Assembly (NCBI GenBank): GCA_977030845.1
Contig: OZ365111.1
Span: 25,544,001-25,608,000 of the forward strand
Direction: 5' to 3'
Length of the DNA stretch: 64,000 nt
Source of the DNA: Fimbriosthenelais zetlandica
Lineage: Eukaryota
Part shown: positions 1-10,463 of the stretch, piece after piece
Position numbering within the stretch: the stretch's first letter is position 1
Layout: each line of letters begins with the position of its first letter
The notes under the pieces: generated by a model
The model's database searches: none
Seen by the model: the letters and a program-made list of their open reading frames with translations, nothing else
Told to the model about the DNA's origin: nothing
Made by a program: the position numbers and the translations under genes

Positions 1-67
1 ACAGCTCTAAGATGGTCAGCGCCTACACCGGCGTCGTCATCATGTTTGTCATGGCCGTATACGCCAG
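1..67 (+). CDS. SERINC5: SERINC5-like serine incorporator, internal exon (left boundary uncertain; AG at 3-4 may be the acceptor)
   Basis: Reads SKMVSAYTGVVIMFVMAVYA, a hydrophobic TM segment preceding the SERINC YxSxR motif; ends AG|GTCAGT (donor 68-69), phase 2. Confidence 0.85.
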
Positions 68-82
68 GTCAGTTATATTCTC

Positions 83-246
83 TTAAAGCCTGGAACACAC
101 TAATCCGATCACTATCCGGTGCCATCCGAAACCTGTCCGAAACTATATTTCAATTCAACCCAAATGCGTGTAATTTGTAAAGTCCTTTACACCTAGGTAA
201 GGCTAACCACTGACAAAATTTCTTTATTAGATGTCATTAGGCTTAA
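83..246. mobile_element. MITE family A, copy 1 (right end internally deleted), in SERINC intron
   Basis: Shares cacactaatccgat...tgtccgaaactatattt...ttacacctaggtaagg with the copies at 34030 and 38188; bounded by TTAA at both ends. Confidence 0.7.
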
Positions 247-656
247 ATCTTCACAATCCAAATACATGTAGGCCTATACTGGAATATCAAAGGCCATCCA
301 TGTCTCCCACTGTATATGGTGAGAGGCTTTTTAATGTAGGCTACCACTGCTGACTTTCGAGAAGAGAAGAAGAGTGAAATTGAGAAAAGTTAAACTTTGT
401 GCGTTTTCTCCCTTCGAAATTTCCTACAGTTGGACTGGGAATTGTCTGAAATGTGTATTTTCTCTAGTTATTGCTCTCACTGCTTTTATATTTTGAAATT
501 TTATTAAAAATATAAATATTTTTCACTTCTTTCTGTGCCATACATGATTGGAACGCTCGTGATCTGCTCAATACAAAGCTGTAACTCAAAATCCATATGA
601 GACATTAGACTCATTTATTCACATATAATAATATTATACATGTATCTTTCTTTTAG

Positions 657-745
657 CTTGAGGACGTCCACACAAAGCAGTAGGCTGGGTATACCTCCTA
701 ACGACCCTCAGAACGACATCTGCTGTTGCTGCTGCTGTAGGCGAG
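657..745 (+). CDS. SERINC5: SERINC5-like exon
   Basis: Acceptor tctttcttttag, donor G|GTGAG; completes YA-SLRTSTQSSRLGIPPNDPQNDICCCCCCRR in phase with the previous exon. Confidence 0.9.
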
Positions 746-1281
746 GTGAGTCTTAACCACTCATATGGTAACATATTAACTCTGATCATTCTGAGGTGTT
801 GGGTTCAAATCTCCTGAGCCATTCTGGCTTACATAATAACCTGTTATCCCTTTGGGCCTCTGGTTCAGATCCTGATTTCTTGACTTCCTTATGGACTATT
901 ATTTCTGGTCTTTTGAATTGGATACTTTAATATCTATTCTAACCTTTATCTATGTATATGCTTACAAACTCACACACATAATAATTCACAAAAATATATC
1001 AAATAATATGTTCTTTTAGTAATATTTTAATCATTGGTTGTGGATATGTTCCTACTATATTAAAGCGGCATTGTCATCAATCAGTAATTAGCAATAAATT
1101 GGCTGGGTATTGGAGCGGCATATTGACTGGTGCATGAAAGTCCCAGCCCATCTTTTCAGATCATCAAAGGAATTTTAATTTAGGTTGTGGGGATACCCTT
1201 GTCAAAAGTTGTGGCGTGAATTAAGCACTAGAATGATATTATTATCCTCAGAGATAATTTTAAAATCTGCCTCTCTGTTTA

Positions 1282-1504
1282 GGGAGAGGATTGGTGATAG
1301 AGCCGCTTTAATTCAGTGACTTGTTGCTATCTGCCGGTCTTTTCTGGGAGAGGATTGGTGATAGAGCCGCTTTAATTCAGTAACTGGTTCCTATCTACCT
1401 GTCGTTTCTGGGAGAGGATTGGTGATAGAGCCGCTTTAATTCAGTAACTGGTTCCTATCTGACGGTCGTTTCTGGGAGAGGATTGGTGATAGAGCCGCTT
1501 TAAT
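1282..1504. repeat. 64-bp tandem repeat, ~3.5 copies
   Basis: gggagaggattggtgatagagccgctttaatt starts at 1282, 1346, 1410, 1474. Confidence 0.92.
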
Positions 1505-1567
1505 TGACTGGTAGCTTCTGTATGTACTTGTCTATAACTTTGTCTTAACGCTGGTGTCTGTGTGTAG

Positions 1568-1633
1568 GTATAGAGCCTACCAACGTGCCTGCTGACTGCC
1601 CTCCCGGCTCTCCGACCAGAACTTGCAACCCGG
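1568..1633 (+). CDS. SERINC5: SERINC5-like putative 66-nt symmetric (phase 1-1) exon
   Basis: gtgtgtag acceptor (weak pyrimidine tract), G|GTACTT donor, open frame GIEPTNVPADCPPGSPTRTCNP, phase-compatible with both neighbours. Confidence 0.6.
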
Positions 1634-2299
1634 GTACTTTATCTTTAACTTTAACCTCGTGTTCTGCATGCTAGTAATGCATGTACATCCCCAGGGGCGT
1701 GGATCCATGACTGTAAACTGTGGGTGGGGGCGGGGGATCCAACGGGTTATACCTGCCCCCAGAATACTGTTTTCATTTCCCAGTTTTTTTTAAATTGTTT
1801 TTTTCTTTTTAAAATAATTTTTTCATTGGTATGTTTTTGTAGCAGTGTTAACAGTTAAATTAACCTTAATTGTGTTTATGTAGGAAATATTTCAGATATA
1901 TATCCCTGAATATTATCCCTCAAAATTATCATAAAACTAAGAAGAAATTGTGCACATATTTTGCTTTCATCAATCCTTGCATGATAGACTATACCTTCTC
2001 TGAGATTTCCTCCTCCTTTATATGGAACTCTATAGTGTCTAGCTTTAAGTTTTAGGCTATGAAATCTTTCCTCCAGATAAGCATGTAGAAAAATATTTTC
2101 TGTTTGTACTATATTTGAACGTATTTTTCCTTAAAAACGCATATATATACATGTACTTCATACATCTTAGAATGGTATTGAAACGTGGCAAGGCTTGTTT
2201 CATTTATCTACTTGATTTTCCACCTAAACATTTGGTCGTTTCATGGGATAACAAAGAGAAAAATTTCTGTCATAAAATCACCAATCAGTCATTTCTACA

Positions 2300-2410
2300 G
2301 CGACGAAGTTGATGCTTGTGTCGCAACAAAATTGATAAAATTTTAAGTGTCTAAGGCCTGCATCAGCTTTGTCGTGTAGTGTCGCAAGCACTGTCGCAGC
2401 AGTGGAGTCC
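2300..2410. mobile_element. MITE family B, partial copy (right half)
   Basis: gtgtcgcaagc...gtcgcagcagtggagt matches the right terminus of the copies at 19393 and 54231. Confidence 0.6.
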
Positions 2411-2445
2411 CACCTTTATCTATTGTTAAATGCTCCTGGTTTCAG

Positions 2446-2584
2446 ACTTGTCGCTGTGGGAGCGTGGAGGTCAGAAGGTGGTTCTTGATGAACATACTGG
2501 AGTAGTCTATAGTTACTCCTTCTTCCACTTTGTTTTCCTCCTGGCCAGTCTTTATATCATGATGCAGCTTACAACCTGGTACAA
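2446..2584 (+). CDS. SERINC5: SERINC5-like exon
   Basis: ttcag acceptor, AA|GTAAGT donor; [46 protein letters not shown] matches the hallmark [25 protein letters not shown] motif. Confidence 0.95.
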
Positions 2585-2654
2585 GTAAGTCATATTTTTT
2601 TGAATTTCTTTTAATTTAAATTAGGTTACTATAACAACTGGGAAAATTAGAATT

Positions 2655-3018
2655 CCAATTGTTTTCCCCAGACCTAATTTTCCAAATTTTTTCTCCCCAG
2701 GCCTAATTTTCCCAAATATTTCTCCCCAGACCTAATTTTCCCAATTATGTCTCCCCAGGCCTAATTTTTCCAATTGCTTTTCCCCAGACCTAATTTGCCC
2801 AGTTGTGTTTCCCCAGGCCTAATTTTCCCAATTATTTTCCCCAGACCTAATTTTCCCAATTATTTCTCCCCAGACCTAATTTTCCCGATTATTTCTCCCC
2901 AGACCTAATTTTCCCAATTATGTCTCCCCAGGCCTAATTTTCCCAATTATGTCTCCCCATCCCTAATATCCCCAATTATGTCTCCCCAGATCTAATTTTC
3001 CCAATTGTTTTCCCGCAG
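2655..3018. repeat. 29-30 bp minisatellite, ~12.5 copies, ending at the SERINC acceptor
   Basis: Unit ccaattatttctccccagacctaattttc repeated; the last partial unit supplies the AG at 3017-3018. Confidence 0.93.
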
Positions 3019-3274
3019 GCCTGAGGATTCGGCGCTGCACACGTTTGGACTCAACTGGCCGTCAGTGTGGGTAAAGATGGCATCTAGTTGGATCTGTATT
3101 GTTATTTACGTCTGGACGCTCTTTGTCCCGCGATGTCTCCCTGGTCGCGACTACTCCGACATCGGCGGCGGCCGGGAATCCGGTGACGAGGAAGTCGTCA
3201 TGCAGGAAAGCCCCAGTAAGAAATCTGCCAAGAGTCCGCTACGGAAGAGTAGAGTTAAGGGGACATTAGCCTAG
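3019..3274 (+). CDS. SERINC5: SERINC5-like terminal coding exon
   Basis: ttttcccgcag acceptor; (K)PEDSALHTFGLNWPSVWVKMASSWICIVIYVWTLFVPRCLPGRDYS...TAG; WVKMASSW and the ..PRCLPGRD tail resemble vertebrate SERINC5. Family certain, paralog assignment less so. Confidence 0.93.
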
Positions 3275-3521
3275 ATGTCATATACCAAGGTGCATAATAA
3301 CTGAACAAAACTTCAGGGATATCCGCATTCAGCCAATCCATAGTATTCAGGTACTTGAAATTCCAAAAATGTCACCATCATATTTTTAGGAAAATTGACA
3401 CATTTTTACAGGAAATTTCAGATGTATAATTATGCAATCAAAAATGGGCATTGAACATTTCTGGGTTTATTTTCTGTCTCTTATGTCTTTCTTTCATCCC
3501 TGAGAATTCAGCCTCTATATA

Positions 3522-4516
3522 CAGTGCACCCTCGCTATACCGCCCCTCGATACAACGCCACCCTCGCTTACCGCCATGCTTTTACCCAGAACGGATTTCC
3601 GCCCATGTTATTTCCCTCGATAAAGCGCCACCCTCGCTTTCCGCCATCCGCCATGTTATTTGGGGGACGAAAAGTCCTCCTCACCTCGTTATACCGCCAC
3701 TGGTCGCGGTTTTCGACCTGGCTTGTTACAACAAGCTAAGAGATTAAGGGGCGGGCTATTGCTAAACAAACAAGTGGCGGCGTCTCTGTGCCAACACCCT
3801 TTCATTAATCGAGACAAGCCTCACTTGATATCATTTTTAGATGGCAGTTAAAGATCACCAGATAATTTATAGCCTATATGTGTTACTAAGACATAATCAC
3901 TAATGATTAAAATGATGACAAATGTTTTATGTTATTCTAATTCTACAAATAGTATTTTAAAACTAGCTAGGAATAATCCAATATTCATTCATTTTGGCGC
4001 TCTAATTCTCCATACAAATTTACACAAAATCAAACAAATAAGAATTCAAAGAATTTAGGAATTAAAGAAATATCATTTTTTTAAAAACATGCTTTGGTCT
4101 TTCACCATAATTATATTAAACTCAGTTCTGTTAACGATAGATATGTAGAGATTTAAAACAATATTTAAACAATATTTGAAACCATATCATTCAGGAACTT
4201 GCTTTAAATTGTTTAATTGATGAGCCCCAATTTCCTAAAACCACATCTCCAAGGTTTAATATTGGTACTATTTTCTCTATTTTTTAGATTTAGACGCATA
4301 TTCTACATTTGGAAAGATCATTCTTTTCAATTTACAAATTAAAGGCTATGCGAGTTAATATATTTTACTTTAAATTATTATACATGTAGGCCTACTAACA
4401 TGCATACATGTACAATGTATTACGTAAGAGATTTGCCATTTCGCTATACCGCCACCCTCGCTATACCGCCACTTTTGGCTAGGTACCAAAGGTGGCGGTA
4501 TAGCGAGGGTGCACTG
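3522..4516. mobile_element. Non-autonomous Tc1/mariner (pogo/Tigger-like) element, ~995 bp
   Basis: TIRs cagtgcaccctcgctataccgcc / ggcggtatagcgagggtgcactg, TA on both flanks (3520-21, 4517-18), sub-terminal copies of the TIR motif, no transposase ORF. Confidence 0.88.
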
Positions 4517-6308
4517 TATGTACATTCATGTATATTTTATATTTATTTTTTGTGCCAAGATGAACAGAGGAAACTTGGATCGTTTAAAAGTTGACATCTA
4601 GAAAACATAGTTACATGATTATTTTTGACAGATGAAAGGAATTCACTGTTAATTTACATTTTTGATGAAGAACATTTACAAAAAGAGATCATGGAAGTGG
4701 TATGTGGCTTAATATTTGACTTGTTTGTTGATTGTTCATTGGAGTTATATTTTTAAGCGTTATATGTTTCATATTAGCATTTTAAGTTTCATATTTGTTT
4801 CAGGATTTTATCTGCAATCCTTTTAATCCTACTGAACAGAATGTTATACTGTATACTGACGGTACATCAGCGTTTTTTATGTGCACTACAATTACTGAAC
4901 TCGATTTACAAAGTTTTATATTAAGTTTTCATTAATATATTTGAAAAGGTTTGTGTGTTATCTTAGAAAAGGTTTTTTTATAATATATTTAATTAATAGA
5001 AGGAAGATTATAGTTTGTGTTTCATGACAGGTTGTGTGATGTGTGTCATGTCAAGCATTGTCCATGTCCTCATGTCGTCTGAGAACAGAATAATTACAAA
5101 GAAAGTTATGTAGATGCAAATGAAAGTAGTCCTAGAGGCGCATCGGGGATGGACGTGCGTGCGAGTGGGGGGAGGGGGGGATGGTGGTTTCAAAACGGTT
5201 GCAAATGATGGGGTCGTGACTTTGGCTTTTGCCATTTATCTTCTCCACCCATTGCTGCCGTTCGAGCAGAGTAGTTCATTGTGTGCCGACAGCGTGTTTC
5301 CTGTACGTCCTGAGATAGCTGACTGATCATTAACCAAATATTCACCAATTCCCCTACTTTTAATATCAAAACGATGGGAAAACAAGATTATAACGCTTGT
5401 ACCCAGGAATTACTTATTTCAGGTGCTTAAACAAGATTGTGGGTCGCTCCCAATTGTAAATCCTGGGTCGCCCCTGTCTATACAGATAGATCTGACCGAA
5501 GCAAGGCCAGTTACATATATAAGTTAATATTATAAGGAAGTTCCCCATCAATTGGGGTCAAGTAATTTCTATTCTGATGATATGGGATCTTGTTCTTATC
5601 CTAGACCTAATTAATGTCCACCAAACTAACTTTTGAATAATTTGGTCCAAGTTTTATTCAAGAAGTGTGTGTATAGATCTAGATCTACTATACTAGACAA
5701 ATAGTGAAAATGGTTTATGAACAATTTATTTTCAAAAGGAAAAGCAATTGTATGCTTTCAAACATTATAAGTGAATCTTACACATAGTAATATTAGTGTA
5801 TTAGTTAGACCAGTAAAATGGACACAATGTCTATGTACTCATATGTAGGATAGGCCTATATACTAGTCAGCATTTATGAACAAGGTATAGAAAAATATAG
5901 CATTTACATTTAAAACCGTGTCAAACATTTGGGCATTGTATAACACACACAAAAATATGAGGGGATTTGCCCTTTGTAATATATGTTTAAATGTATATTT
6001 CCAGTAGGCAAATTAGATGTAGCTTTGTTTTAACCGTATCATATGGTATAGCTTTTATATATCTGATATTTCTAGAGTTTTTCTTGAGCTACTGTTGTGC
6101 CTTTGGGTTTAAGCAGATATTCTCAAAGACTTAGCAAACCCATTACATGTTTTATCGAACTTTTTTTGTTACATTTTAAAAATGGTATACATTTAAAGGA
6201 TCTATAACAAACTTGTACTTAAAGTTTCAGTTTTTTCTTGGTGCTTTTTTACTGACTGCCATTGACAGCCGAATTGTCTGAAAACAACATAATGCACCAA
6301 CTGACTGA

Positions 6309-6735
6309 CACTCTAGCCATTTTGATATTAAAATAATAGTTCCACTGTGCTGGAAAACTTACGTTTTTGAAAAGAAAAACTTGTGTAATATTCTGACATG
6401 TTACAAACTATGTCTCAGAGCTGATGAAAAACTAAATGTTGCTATCCATTCAAGCATTAAAACAATATGTATTTTTGAAGTGTTAATTGTACTAAATCCA
6501 GGTCTCACTCTGAAATAATGCACTTCATTTTGATATTAAAATAATTGTTCCGCGAGAGTTGGAAAACTTACGTTTTTGAAAAGAAAAACTTGTGTAATTT
6601 TCTGACATGTTACAAACTATGTCTCAGAGCTGATAAAACTAAATGTTGCTATCCATACAAGCATTGAAACAATATGTATTTTTGAAGTGTTCATTGTACA
6701 AAATCCATGTCTCACTCTGAAATAATCCACTCCGA
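6309..6735. repeat. ~207-bp tandem duplication (~2.1 copies)
   Basis: ttttgatattaaaataat...ggaaaacttacgtttttgaaaagaaaaacttgtgtaat...tctcactctgaaataat occurs twice back-to-back. Confidence 0.9.
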
Positions 6736-7518
6736 ATTAACCCACTTCATACTTTGTGCAATACAAATAAGGAATACAGAGAGAGCCATGAGATAGTCCT
6801 GTCTGGACTGTCTGAATGCTCGGTCACTGTTTGGATTAAACAGTGACATTATGACTGTATTGTCAGGTCTGAACACTACACCACCCAACACAGCTGATCC
6901 AGCTGCCACTTTACCAGCCACACTTGACACTAATGAAGTTCCTGGTGAACTAATGCTGATGATCACGGCATAGAGAACATAAACTGGACCAAAATCGCGC
7001 CTTACATACTGAAAATCTTCCCAGAGGGGCAGGAACTGTAGCGCTACAAGTAGAAACCTTGTGAAGTGTGGAAGTCCAAACCAGAAGATCGTCGCGTTAC
7101 ATAATATTACAACTCCTCCAACCGTCTCCCAGAAAGTATCCTTAGGCCTACTTGGTTTGTTGGCTAGTGTGATGACCATTGCAACTACACCCATATACAT
7201 AGGCCTATACTCCCACAGTGACTTTGAAATTTCAAAAGTTGGAAAACTGTACTTGACTTCAAAAATGATCATGTAATACATTATAATTGTGAAACCGCAG
7301 CAATCGTCGATCAATGCTTTTAGTCTTTCTGAAGAATAATATAGGAAAATACAAGAAAGGAGAAATAGGCCTATCTGCAGTGTTTCTAAGTCTCTCTAGT
7401 CGGCCATCATTCCAGTGGTTATAAAAATGAGCACCAGGCGGAGGTCTTTTCTGTAGAACATGCCGGCGCTAGTGGCGTATAGAAAACTAGAGATATGCAT
7501 CCAGAAATGAATCTCCAT
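6712..7518 (-). pseudogene. Intronless ~268-codon multi-pass membrane protein ORF with one in-frame TAG at codon 41 (null allele, pseudogene or sequence error); family not recognised
   Basis: The supplied 200-aa ORF (7314-6712) extends upstream in frame: ATG at 7518, 40 codons (MEIHFWMHISSFLYATSAGMFYRKDLRLVLIFITTGMMAD), TAG at 7398-7396, then RDLETLQIGLFLLSCIFLYYSSERLKALIDD...; about 8-10 hydrophobic segments by eye. Confidence 0.6.
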
Positions 7519-8187
7519 CTTGATGGGGCTTTTTCGTTTGTCTCCTTTCCTTTTATTATGAACTGAAAAACGTAAAAAGGAAGATAGTTATTGTCTGACT
7601 ACTTACTTTACCCATTTTCGAGCCAGAAATGCTAATTCTCATTCTTAACACAGCTTCTTTGAAGTTTGTCGGCACCCGTTGGCACACGCCGTCTTGCGTA
7701 ACATTACGTAACTGGTAATCCCTCTACCCCGACTACCAGGAGTGGCGTGTGCCGCCTGGTAATGCCTCTCTACACACCAGCATCCTCTAATAGGGATTCT
7801 TAAAGGGGCGGCTATCTGAGTCTGATAGTATATGTATGTTTCCACAGTTTGACAGACTGAAAAAAGTAACTGATCTGTCCTCTTTGGAAACCCATAATTC
7901 GGTAACAAAACATTGGAAGTCCATGAGAAAAATTATGTTGACTGACAGTTATACAGTCTATTGTCTGCCATTAAGTGGAACCTGTATGTTTGGTATTTAA
8001 AAATTTATTACCGGTCAAATATGCTGTTTTGGCTAATTTGGAGTGGTAACTTCAGTTGGTATAAGCTAGCCCCAGTGGAGGCGGATCATTGGTGTAGCGT
8101 TGAGTTGGTGTCTCTAAAAGTTAAAAAGTTGGTTTACTAGCTTGCTAACTTAATACACTGCGTCCCACTTATTTTCCCAGTTAACCA

Positions 8188-10463
8188 GTTCGACTATACA
8201 TTTATGCATATGTAAATAATGTATTTATTTTTCACTATTTAGGCGTATACATTAAGTTCTATCCAACATATTCATAAATTCAATTGGATGACCGTGAAAT
8301 CGGTTGCAGTAACCTGTAGTCTGGCACGTCCCGAGTATGAATTTGGTTCCGTATGTGGACATGCGGGTTTTGGTTGGCTATTTCTCTTAAAGGCCTCGCC
8401 AAGTCCATCAGTGTGGGATTCTGCTGAGGTAGGTAACACTGTGTCTGGCCAGAGGAAGCAGGACTGGAAAGAGTTTTATAGGACCGGTAGGGTATGAGAC
8501 AAATTAGCTGGAATCATAAAAGGCATATATCTGGAACAAGTGTCACACTACTTTTGTACAATGGGATGTTTTGTTTTACTGTTTGGCGTGGCGGGGTTGA
8601 TACTGACCCATGGTCAATCCACATGTTCTATAGCAGGAGATTGGAGAAGGGTTGAACTGGCATCAGAACTGTGAAGCGCATGGCGAGAGCATAGTGTGTT
8701 GCGAACGTGTTGTTACGTTGCTGTTGGGGAGTTGCTGTTGAGATGGTAAAGGCGGCACCGTCAGGGTCGTCAATGATGGAATTCAACCAAACAAATCATT
8801 ACAGTTCCAACATTTATTGAGGGTTACAAGTACAATGATAATGGGTGATATTGAGGTTTATGCACGTACCTTGGGATGTTAGGGATTTGGAAGGATGTTC
8901 TTCTCCCTTCACTCTCTCTCTATTCGATATGGGATGTAAATGCCTAAATGTGTATTCCGAGGCTCCAAGGGTAAAGATGGTGTATTGATGTTGGAAGGTT
9001 TTGCCAGAGAGAGAGTTGACTCGGTGAGAGGGGTGAGTGAGTGAAGGAGAGAAGAGGATCCTTTTATACTGATCTCTGGACGACCCAGGGCAATGAGAAT
9101 TCATGTATACGTCACGAAGGACTTCTTGTCTACGTCACATAGAGCTCCTTGTCTACGTCACGTAGAACTCCTTGTCTACGTCACATAGGATCGATAGGAC
9201 TATGCGGGGGATAATTGATGTTTATGTTTGTTCTTTGCTGAGTTGGAGAAGATCCAACTCTTACTCCAACACATTCGCCGGCGCCCCGACTGAAAATTTT
9301 GTAAATCTTTTTGTAAAATTTTCCTAAACCTTTGCCGGTCTTGAAATTTTGATACAGTTTCATATACATAATTTTTGTTTCTAATGATTTGTGAAGTTTT
9401 TAATTTGGAATATATTGCCCGGGTTCTCCACCAGGTGTGTTGCGAACGTGTTGTTACGTTGCTGTTGGGGAGTTGCTGTTGAGATGGTAAAGGCGGCACC
9501 GTCAGGGTCGTCAATGATGGAATTCAACCAAACAAATCATTACAGTTCCAACATTTATTGAGGGTTACAAGTACAATGATAATGGGTGATATTGAGGTTT
9601 ATGCACGTACCTTGGGATGTTAGGGATTTGGAAGGATGTTCTTCTCCCTTCACTCTCTCTCTCTATTCGATATGGGATGTAAATGCCTAAATGTGTATTC
9701 CGAGGCTCCAAGGGTAAAGATGGTGTATTGATGTTGGAAGGTTTTGCCAGAGAGAGAGTTGACTCGGTGAGAGGGGTGAGTGAGTGAAGGAGAGAAGAGG
9801 ATCCTTTTATACTGATCTCTGGACGACCCAGGGCAATGAGAATTCATGTATACGTCACGAAGGACTTCTTGTCTACGTCACATAGAGCTCCTTGTCTACG
9901 TCACGTAGAACTCCTTGTCTACGTCACATAGGATAGGACTATGCGGGGGATAATTGATGTTTATGTTTGTTCTTTGCTGAGTTGGAGAAGATCCAACTCT
10001 TACTCCAACACAATAGGATTAGGTTGAAGTGTGTGGGAATGGGGATTATGAAAACAGAAACTATATTTTTGTGTCTGATCTTAGGTTGCAATGACATGTG
10101 TCTTAGGCTGCCCAATTCCTTTGAATCACCATGAATGGCCATTGGAAAAATTGGAAAAAAAAAACGAAAATGGTTGGGGGGTCTCTGGGGGCCCATGGAC
10201 TTTAGGCCCCACCAGGTAAGGGTCCAGTGGCAGCGCCCCGGAAGCCCATGGGTTTCCAATTTTTTCAGGGGGATTTCTAAACAGTTTTATCTGTCATTTT
10301 CTAATTTTTAATTTCAACCAGAAAATTTCTTTGACTTTGAACCTGAATAGACGCGATTTCCGGGGTTCGACTATACATATATTTATGCATATATAAATAA
10401 TGTATTTATTTTTCACTATTTAGGCGTATACATTAAGTTCTATCCAACATATTCATAAATTCA
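8188..10463. repeat. Pair of ~95-bp direct repeats (8188-8282 and 10365-10463)
   Basis: gttcgactataca...taaataatgtatttatttttcactatttaggcgtatacattaagttctatccaacatattcataaattca present at both positions. Confidence 0.85.
8695..10012 (-). mobile_element. TRIM-like non-autonomous LTR retroelement (LTRs 9436-10012 and 8695-9273; 162-bp internal region)
   Basis: Both LTRs start TGTGTTG and end CAACACA; ATAG TSD at 8691-8694 and 10013-10016; PBS TGGTGGAGAACCCGGGCA (9433-9416) 2 nt after the 5' LTR; TATAAAA and AATAAA in U3-R-U5 order on the - strand. Confidence 0.92.

Noticed and set aside
1282-3018. CRISPR-like appearance of the 64-bp and 30-bp arrays
   Set aside because: No unique spacers, no cas genes, located in spliceosomal introns; ordinary minisatellites.
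7396-7398. Selenocysteine or pyrrolysine recoding of the internal stop
   Set aside because: The codon is TAG (Sec uses TGA) and pyrrolysine is unknown in animals.
8288-8497. LINE reverse-transcriptase-like phrase (SLARPEYEFGSV, SVWD)
   Set aside because: Only a few residues resemble the RPxLEYxxxVW motif; too weak to call.
8814-10259. Duplicated ORFs (MNSHCPG..., ...KHQLSPA)
   Set aside because: They are just the two LTR copies; no gag/pol motifs.
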